In this document: in pieces, positions 21,444-27,301 of the stretch
How positions within the stretch are numbered: the stretch's first letter is position 1
Layout: each line of letters starts with the position of its first letter
DNA from: a virus
Reading direction: 5' to 3' (one strand)
Virus record (IMG/VR): IMGVR_UViG_3300043568_000799
Coordinates: 1 to 27,301 of that record
Length of the DNA stretch: 27,301 nucleotides
Translations under genes and position numbers: made by a program
Notes under the pieces: model-generated
The model's database searches: none
Seen by the model: only the letters and a program-made list of their open reading frames with translations
Told to the model about the DNA's origin: nothing

Positions 21444-22854
21444 GGATTACCAAGTGGATAGCGTGGCCCAAGTGCAGAGGGCGTTTGCTTCCGGCAGTAA
21501 GCGGGTGATCCTTTGCCTACCCACTGGAGCGGGCAAGACTGTTATATTTTCGGACATAGCAGCCAAAGCAGCGGCAAAGGGTAAGCGGGTAGCAATCCTA
21601 ACCCATCGCAGGGAGTTGCTGACTCAGGCGGGGCGGCTGAATAGTTGCGATATTTTGATGGTGGAAACACTGAATAACGCAATTAAGCGGGGGTTGGATT
21701 TAAGCCAGTACGATTTGCTTGTAGTGGATGAGGCGCATATTGGCAACTTCCGAAAGGTATTGGTCGGCTTCAACGGCTTTGTAATTGGAGCCACTGCAAC
21801 GCCTGTATCTAACCCGCCACTAAAGGACAGTTACAATGCTATTGTTTGCCCTGTTGGGATTGAGTCATTGATAGGCCAGGGATGGCTTGCAACTCCGCAC
21901 ACTTACGCAATGCACCCCGTCGATACTTCTAAGCTTGAGACGGCCCGCGGAGAATATACCGAGCAAAGCCTAGACGATGCTTTTAACAAGCCTAAAGTTT
22001 ATGAGGGTGTAGTGCATGAATTTTGCCAAAAATGGGCTGATAAAAAGGCTATTGTATTTTGTGTGAACATCAGCGCTACGATCAACACGGCCATAGAATT
22101 TATAAAGCAATTAGGGCCGGGCAGAGTTTGGGGCGTGCACTCAAAACAAAGTCCACAGGAACGGGAGCGGATTATTGCGGAATTTAGCGCATCTAAAAAC
22201 GGCATCCTAGTTAATTGCGGAATAGCTACGACTGGCTTTGATTGCCCAGATATTGAGGTGGTAGTAGTAAATCGCGCTACCAAGTCGGTAGCGTTGTGGT
22301 TGCAAATGGTGGGGCGGGCTTCGCGCAGGACACCTAATAAATCGGCCTTTACAATCCTAGACTTTGGCGAGAATGTAACGCGCTTAGGTTTCTGGCAGGA
22401 GCCCCGCGATTGGGCGCACTTGTTCGAGAATCCCAAAAAGAAAGGCGAAGGCGTGGCCCCAGTTAAGGACTGCCCAGCGTGCGGCTTTGTAGCTTACGCT
22501 TCAGCGCGGATTTGTGCTAACTGTGGGGCGGAATTTGCGCCCAATCCAAAGACTGAGGCGGAGGTTATTGCAACTTTAAAGTTGTTAAATTACCAAAAAT
22601 CCGCAAAACTTGAGGGCCGTAAAATTTACGACATTGCCAAAAATCCCGCCGATCTATACGATTTGCAACGGGTTAAAAAGTACAAACAGGCGTTTATAGA
22701 GCGAGTGCTATACTTCGCCAATTACTCAGAGTTGCAACGCTTTTGGCGGTCCAAAGGTTATACCGATGGCTACCGCTGGAGAAAGGAAAGGGATTTTGCA
22801 GAGGGCGCTCCAGTGGCAAATTTCACAATAAGGTTGGGGGAGGTTGCAGAATGA
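21436..22854 (+). CDS. Superfamily 2 DEAH-box DNA helicase with a C-terminal zinc ribbon
   Basis: LRDYQ, motif I LPTGAGKT, motif II VVDEAH, motif III ATATP, motif VI QMVGRASR and CPACG...CANCG. GTG start. Confidence 0.88.
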   Translation: MLRDYQVDSVAQVQRAFASGSKRVILCLPTGAGKTVIFSDIAAKAAAKGKRVAILTHRRELLTQAGRLNSCDILMVETLNNAIKRGLDLSQYDLLVVDEAHIGNFRKVLVGFNGFVIGATATPVSNPPLKDSYNAIVCPVGIESLIGQGWLATPHTYAMHPVDTSKLETARGEYTEQSLDDAFNKPKVYEGVVHEFCQKWADKKAIVFCVNISATINTAIEFIKQLGPGRVWGVHSKQSPQERERIIAEFSASKNGILVNCGIATTGFDCPDIEVVVVNRATKSVALWLQMVGRASRRTPNKSAFTILDFGENVTRLGFWQEPRDWAHLFENPKKKGEGVAPVKDCPACGFVAYASARICANCGAEFAPNPKTEAEVIATLKLLNYQKSAKLEGRKIYDIAKNPADLYDLQRVKKYKQAFIERVLYFANYSELQRFWRSKGYTDGYRWRKERDFAEGAPVANFTIRLGEVAE

Positions 22855-23453
22855 GAAAATATTGGACACCAAAAGAAACCCGGGTATTGATTAAAATTTA
22901 CGCCGATACAATTACAGCGGATCTAGCCAAGCAATTTAAGTGCACAGTGAAGCAGATTTACAATAAAGCAAAGCGTTTGGAATTGTCTAAATCTGAGCAC
23001 TATTTGCAAAACTATGGCGGTCGAATTAAGGAAACCAACATAGCCACCCAGTTTAAAAAAGGGCATAAGAGTTGGAATAAGGGGCTAAAAGGCTTGCAAA
23101 TGGGAGGCGTAGAGACTCAGTTTAAAGCTGGAGGTTTGCCTCACAATACCAAGCCAATCGGATACCGAAGTACCAGGGATGGCTACCTAGTAGAAAAGAC
23201 GGATAAAGGCTTTGAGTTTGTGCATTGGCTTCTTTGGCGTCAGCATCACGGCGAAATACCAAAAGGGCTGTTTGTCGTATTTAAGGACCGCAATAGGCTA
23301 AACGTTTGCATTGATAACCTCGAGCTTATCGACCGCTCAGAGAATATGCGACGCAATCACATCCAAAATTTACCCGCTGAGCTGCGGGCAGTAATTCACA
23401 TAAAAAAACAAATAACTAGAAAAATTAACCAACATGGCACGAAACAAAATTAA
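22851..23453 (+). CDS. HNH_3-like homing-endonuclease-related protein with an N-terminal Myb/SANT-like HTH; the catalytic His appears to be substituted
   Basis: The true ATG at 22851 overlaps the helicase stop (ATGA). ...FVHWLLWRQHHGEIPKGLFVVFKDRNRLNVCIDNLELIDRSEN aligns by eye to the HNH_3 pattern vdHidgn..N...NL.l....eN, with Phe in place of His. Confidence 0.6.
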   Translation: MRKYWTPKETRVLIKIYADTITADLAKQFKCTVKQIYNKAKRLELSKSEHYLQNYGGRIKETNIATQFKKGHKSWNKGLKGLQMGGVETQFKAGGLPHNTKPIGYRSTRDGYLVEKTDKGFEFVHWLLWRQHHGEIPKGLFVVFKDRNRLNVCIDNLELIDRSENMRRNHIQNLPAELRAVIHIKKQITRKINQHGTKQN

Positions 23454-23655
23454 CGACTTAAGGGATCACCTTTTTGAAACACTGGAACGCCTGAAGGATG
23501 GCGACATCGACATAGCAACCGCTAAGGCAATGGCAGACGTCGGGCAAGTAATTATCAACAGCGCAAAGATTGAAATAGATTTTATCCGCGCCACTGGAAG
23601 CACCAAGGATTCGGGCTTCATTAAATTGGGTGATGGTAACGAGAAACTGCTTTGA
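23434..23655 (+). CDS. Hypothetical protein
   Basis: 73-aa helical ORF overlapping the preceding gene by 20 nt. Confidence 0.55.
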   Translation: MARNKINDLRDHLFETLERLKDGDIDIATAKAMADVGQVIINSAKIEIDFIRATGSTKDSGFIKLGDGNEKLL

Positions 23656-23885
23656 GTAATTACGCCATAATCCCTAACAGAGGTATTTATTATTTTTCAA
23701 AGAGAAAAAAAACTAAGTTTGTACCCCTATTTAAAATTTGCAAGGTAAACGGAACCACCTTAGAAGAGTTCCAAGCACTAATAAATCAGATTGAAATAAC
23801 TTTAAAAAATGGCACCACAAAACAACAAACCGACCCACGCCCGAATATCTTGGGTGGAGGTCATCCCGGAAGGGATACTAATTAA
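23652..23885 (+). CDS. Hypothetical protein (TTG start, uncertain)
   Basis: 77-aa ORF with no internal ATG. Its 3' 77 nt overlap the next ORF. Confidence 0.35.
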   Translation: MSNYAIIPNRGIYYFSKRKKTKFVPLFKICKVNGTTLEEFQALINQIEITLKNGTTKQQTDPRPNILGGGHPGRDTN

Positions 23886-23997
23886 ACAGATTGGACTGTA
23901 TACCGAGGATGGCGAATACATCCGAGACGCCAAGCTTAACGGCGATTTACTTTGCACACTTACCGAGCACCCGCTAGTAATTACGATATGCAAATAA
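23809..23997 (+). CDS. Hypothetical protein
   Basis: 62-aa ORF with an ATG start. It ends 10 nt inside the primase-helicase gene. Confidence 0.45.
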   Translation: MAPQNNKPTHARISWVEVIPEGILIKQIGLYTEDGEYIRDAKLNGDLLCTLTEHPLVITICK

Positions 23998-26162
23998 ATT
24001 TCCTGCCTAACATAAAACTCAGCAACAAATTTACCGTAATACCCATTACGGAGTATCTGGAGCTCGTAAGAAATGGCACGTATATAAACAGCATTGAAGC
24101 CTTTAAAAATTCGGCCGCCCTATCCAAGGACCAGCAGGCAGAAATTAAGCAACAGATCCCTGCGGTAACTATTTCGGGTATTTTTAAAGAGTCAGTAAAA
24201 AATGCAAACCTACTAACGCACTCGGGGCTTATTTGTATAGATTTTGACGCGGTAGAGAATCCCGGGCAGCTTAAGGCAGAGTTATCCAAAGACCCATATA
24301 CTTTTGCCGCTCATTTGAGCGCTTCAGGCAATGGCTTGGCTGCAATCGTACGAATAGAAGCCGACAGGCATTTGGATGCGTTCAACGGGCTAAAAACGTA
24401 TTATTTCCGCAATTACGGGCAATTAATTGACGCCAGTTGTAAAAATGTCAGCCGCCTGCGTTTTCTATCCGTAGATCCTTTATTATTTACCAACCCCTCG
24501 AGTAAGGTATTTAAAGAGTACCCAAAAAAGGAGGCAAAGCCCAAGGTAGTTAACACTGTGCTCACGGGCAACGAGTTTGACGAATTAATAGACAGGATTT
24601 GCAGAGGGGGGTTTGATCTAACGCAAGGCGTTTATGCCAACTACCTTAGCATTGGCTTTGCACTGGCTTCGGAGTTTGGAGAACGAGGGCGCGAGCATTT
24701 TCACGCCGTATGCGCGCAAAATGATAAATACGACCCCGCCAAGGCTGACAAACAATTTACATACTGCTTGCGCGACACGGGCCTAAGCAAGGTAACTATA
24801 GCCACTTTTTACTATTATGCCAAGGAGGCAGGCGTTGAACTAAAATCGGCCCAATCGGTTAAGCTCGAGAATATAGCCAAAATGGCAAAGAAACAAGGGC
24901 GCGGTCAGGAGTCAGTTATTGAAATTGCACGCCTGCAGGGCATGGATATTGAGAAAGCCACAGAGACGGCGGCGGCGGTTTATGAGGCCAATGTTAACCT
25001 CGCATTGGTTGGCCAGACTAACCTCGGACTCGTTCAGCTTTACCTATCCAATAACTACCAACTGTACTATAACACTATTACAAATGATTTAGAAGACCGC
25101 ACGGTAACATTTAACAATAGGGCTAAGCAAATCGATGATATGTCGTTAAATACGATGTATTTGAAATTTTCGGAATTAACAGATAACAAAATATCATTTG
25201 AGTTTTTTTGTCGTGTAGTATATTCTGAGCTCACGACCTATTACAACCCCTTCGAAGATTTTATACGGTTAAATCAATCCATCCAGAGGGGGCAGGGGTT
25301 AATTGAGGATCTAGCGGCCTGCATTGAAACGCCGACGCCCAACGTTGCAAAATACATTACGCATTGGGGCGTTGGCATGATTGCATCCATTTTTGGGCGC
25401 ACTTCGCCCCTGGTCTTAGTGCTAGCAGGTGAACGGCAGAACACAGGTAAAACAGAGTTTTTTAGGCGCCTGCTGCCATTACAACTTAGCAATTATTACG
25501 CCGAGTCTAAACTGGACGGCGGCAAGGATGACGATATTTTGTTAACGAAAAAGTTAATTATAATGGATGACGAGTTCGGGGGTAAGTCGAAGTTGGAATC
25601 CAAGCGCTTTAAGGAACTAACAAGCAAAGCCAGTTTCTCTATTCGTTTGCCCTACGGACGCACTCACCGCGATCTAAAACGCTTAGCCGTATTAGCAGGA
25701 ACGACTAACGATTTGGGCCTAATCAGTGACCCAACAGGCAACCGCCGAATCCTGCCAGTGAATGTAACTGCAGTAAACCAAGCCCAATACAACGCTATTG
25801 ACAAATCGGCGTTATTTATGGCCTTTTATGATTTATACCAAAGTGGCTTTAAATGGGAGTTATCAAGCGCTGACATAGCAGAATTAAACGAAAATAGTGA
25901 TGAATTTAACGCTATTAATTTTGAGGCGGAATTAATAAACCAATTTTTATTTAATCCAAAAGAAGGCGAATATAGCACCTATTTAAGCAATACGGAAATC
26001 AAAATTTACCTAGAATTGTGCTCAAATCAGAAAATTTTTGACACTCGTAAGCTCGGAATGGAGTTAAAAAACATGGGATTTTTGCAACGGGTGGTAAAAT
26101 TAAATTCAAAAACCCAAAGAGTTTTTAGGGTCGGAAAGATAAAAACGCTACAAAATGACTAA
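23988..26162 (+). CDS. Primase-helicase: VirE_N/BT4734-like primase domain + PriCT-like domain + VirE-family P-loop NTPase
   Basis: ...IPAVTISGIF...HSGLICIDFD...HLSASGNGLAAIV...NVSRLRFLSVDP in the N-terminal domain. Walker A GERQNTGKTEF, Walker B LIIMDDEFGG, then ...PTGNRRILPV. The probable start is the ATG at 23988 (the track gives 23952). Confidence 0.85.
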   Translation: MQINFLPNIKLSNKFTVIPITEYLELVRNGTYINSIEAFKNSAALSKDQQAEIKQQIPAVTISGIFKESVKNANLLTHSGLICIDFDAVENPGQLKAELSKDPYTFAAHLSASGNGLAAIVRIEADRHLDAFNGLKTYYFRNYGQLIDASCKNVSRLRFLSVDPLLFTNPSSKVFKEYPKKEAKPKVVNTVLTGNEFDELIDRICRGGFDLTQGVYANYLSIGFALASEFGERGREHFHAVCAQNDKYDPAKADKQFTYCLRDTGLSKVTIATFYYYAKEAGVELKSAQSVKLENIAKMAKKQGRGQESVIEIARLQGMDIEKATETAAAVYEANVNLALVGQTNLGLVQLYLSNNYQLYYNTITNDLEDRTVTFNNRAKQIDDMSLNTMYLKFSELTDNKISFEFFCRVVYSELTTYYNPFEDFIRLNQSIQRGQGLIEDLAACIETPTPNVAKYITHWGVGMIASIFGRTSPLVLVLAGERQNTGKTEFFRRLLPLQLSNYYAESKLDGGKDDDILLTKKLIIMDDEFGGKSKLESKRFKELTSKASFSIRLPYGRTHRDLKRLAVLAGTTNDLGLISDPTGNRRILPVNVTAVNQAQYNAIDKSALFMAFYDLYQSGFKWELSSADIAELNENSDEFNAINFEAELINQFLFNPKEGEYSTYLSNTEIKIYLELCSNQKIFDTRKLGMELKNMGFLQRVVKLNSKTQRVFRVGKIKTLQND

Positions 26163-26184
26163 AAACGGGCAAAAAATACGATTT

Positions 26185-26456
26185 CAGTGTAACCAAGGCC
26201 TAGCATGGGCTAAGGGGGTATTTTGGGGGTGCGGTTACAAAAGTTACACGAAAATACATAACTTTCCCCAGTGGATTTTACTATTGGATTTTTACCCTAT
26301 TTCTGTTTTACTGTTTTCCAAAGTCTTTACATTTCTCTGTAACTTTTGTAACTTTGGGCTATATCCCAATGCAGTACTGGGTTACACTGGAATTGAAGTC
26401 TCTGTAACTTTTGTAACCGAGAGGCCTCTAGCCCAATCCTAGTAAGGGTTACACTG
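26185..26456. repeat. Origin-like non-coding region: two tandem ~66-bp units, one inverted diverged unit and a central T-rich tract; nine GTAAC/GTTAC cores
   Basis: TCTCTGTAACTTTTGTAAC at 26334-26352 and 26399-26417. GGGTTACACTG at 26379-26389 and 26446-26456. CCCAAT at 26365-26370 and 26432-26437. Inverted GTTACAAAAGTTAC at 26234-26247 and CAGTGTAACC at 26185-26194. TTTTAC repeats at 26273-26311. Confidence 0.6.
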
Positions 26457-26493
26457 CTTATTCCACTATAATAGACACTATTAAATAACATAT

Positions 26494-26838
26494 ATGAATG
26501 AGAATCAATTACAACAAAGTATTTATTTATGGTATCAAAATACCTATGTCATCCACGATAAGCGGTGCATGATCCTGAGCATACCTAATGGAGGGCTAAG
26601 GGATAAGATGACAGCGGTAACGATGAAGGCAACGGGACTCTATAAGGGAGCGGCTGACCTAATGATAGTGCACAGGGGTTGGATGGGGTTCGTTGAGCTC
26701 AAGACAGCGACAGGCACACAGTCACCTCAGCAGAAAGCATTTGAGTTACATTGCAAACAGGCCGACATTCCTTACCTGTTAGTGCGCACCTTATCAGAGT
26801 TTCAGGACCTAATCCTTAGCCTAGATGCCAAGCGTTAA
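26494..26838 (+). CDS. VRR-NUC domain nuclease (PD-(D/E)XK fold)
   Basis: ...GAADLMIVHRGWMGFVELKTATGTQSPQQKAF... gives the D...ExK...Q pattern of VRR-NUC. Confidence 0.8.
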   Translation: MNENQLQQSIYLWYQNTYVIHDKRCMILSIPNGGLRDKMTAVTMKATGLYKGAADLMIVHRGWMGFVELKTATGTQSPQQKAFELHCKQADIPYLLVRTLSEFQDLILSLDAKR

Positions 26839-27145
26839 CAAACCAAAGGGCGACAAGGGGAAACCTAAGCGTCCTTATCAGAAAGGTTCTTATGTCGAGG
26901 TTCGGTATAATACAACGCGTTGGCGTAACGTGCGCGAACAGGTGCTGCAGTGCAATCCGTTATGTGTTAACTGCGAATCGCTGGGATTGCTGACAGTTGC
27001 CCAGATGGTGGACCACATCGAGCCAGTGCGATTAGGTGGCGAGTTCTGGGCAATAGATAACTTACAGCCGCTGTGCAATTCGTGCCATGCCTCCAAGTCC
27101 GCGCGAGAAAGAAATGCGACCCCATACGGGGGTAATAATCTATGA
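26825..27145 (+). CDS. HNH endonuclease (terminase-associated type)
   Basis: CVNC...VDHIEPVRLGG...DNLQPLCNSCHASKS is an intact HNH/zinc motif. It lies immediately upstream of terS on the circular map. Confidence 0.88.
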   Translation: MPSVNKPKGDKGKPKRPYQKGSYVEVRYNTTRWRNVREQVLQCNPLCVNCESLGLLTVAQMVDHIEPVRLGGEFWAIDNLQPLCNSCHASKSARERNATPYGGNNL

Positions 27146-27174
27146 GGTACGTGCTCAAAACCGCGGGTCTTATT

Positions 27175-27301
27175 TTTATTCACACCCGTGCAAAAATAAA
27201 TGTACTAAATTTTAGACTATATTTGTAAATATGAAAGGAAGGCCACGAATACCTACCGAAATTAAGGTAATGAAGGGAACGCTAAGCCCGAGCAGGGAAT
27301 T
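27175..27301. repeat. Right copy of the 127-bp terminal overlap; 27231-27301 is a redundant partial copy of the terS 5' end
   Basis: Identical to bases 1-127 by direct comparison. Confidence 0.95.

Noticed and set aside
22743-22850. 36-codon N-terminal extension of the HNH-like ORF
   Set aside because: It lies entirely inside the helicase gene in another frame. The ATG at 22851 forms an ATGA junction with the helicase stop, and the recognisable domain starts there.
26155-26442. 95-aa +-strand ORF (MTKNGQKIRFQCNQ...) covering the gap after the primase-helicase gene
   Set aside because: Its composition is Phe/Cys/Leu-rich and is dictated by the GTAAC/TTTT repeat array. It spans inverted and tandem repeats typical of non-coding DNA, and it has no coupled junctions, unlike the genes elsewhere in the genome.
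26334-26465. Tandem ~66-bp repeats as a CRISPR array
   Set aside because: Only two direct units are present, with conserved blocks scattered through each unit and no repeat-spacer alternation. No cas genes are present.
27146-27174. ccgcgg-containing segment after the HNH gene as an intrinsic terminator
   Set aside because: The potential stem is only a short palindrome with mismatches, so there is no stable hairpin, although a T-rich stretch does follow.

Overview
This window is a single, complete, circularly closed tailed-phage genome. Bases 1-127 are identical to 27175-27301, which leaves 27,174 bp of unique sequence. The layout is a compact HK97-like siphovirus plan, almost entirely on the + strand, with coupled gene junctions (ATGA, TAATG, TAAnATG). 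In genome order it contains: (1) a cos-type packaging set of HNH endonuclease, P27-family small terminase and large terminase; (2) portal, HK97-type prohead protease and an HK97-fold major capsid protein with an N-terminal delta/scaffold domain; (3) connector, head-closure and gp10-like neck proteins; (4) a TP901-1/phi13-type major tail protein, two chaperone ORFs arranged as G plus a -1-frame T, a DUF3168-like tail-terminator homologue in an unusual position, and a 656-aa tape measure; (5) an 807-aa distal tail protein, a repeat-containing tail fibre and a compositionally foreign glycine-rich protein cassette; (6) a lysis cassette of six small ORFs (five predicted membrane/secreted proteins and one 40-aa basic peptide) plus a YkuD-fold (SHGC motif) wall hydrolase; (7) an inverted minus-strand RecT + PD-(D/E)XK exonuclease module; (8) a control region with overlapping divergent promoters, an unlisted 58-aa HTH gene and three copies of a 12-bp operator-like motif; (9) early small ORFs and a replication module (DnaA-domain-IV-like protein, SF2 DEAH helicase, HNH-like protein, VirE-family primase-helicase); (10) an iteron/AT-rich origin-like non-coding region and a VRR-NUC nuclease. 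I saw no integrase, CI-sized repressor, DNA polymerase, tRNA, rRNA or CRISPR array. TAnnTTTG promoter boxes and the absence of Shine-Dalgarno sequences suggest a Bacteroidota host, which is inference. All homology calls were made by eye from motifs and none was verified by a database search.
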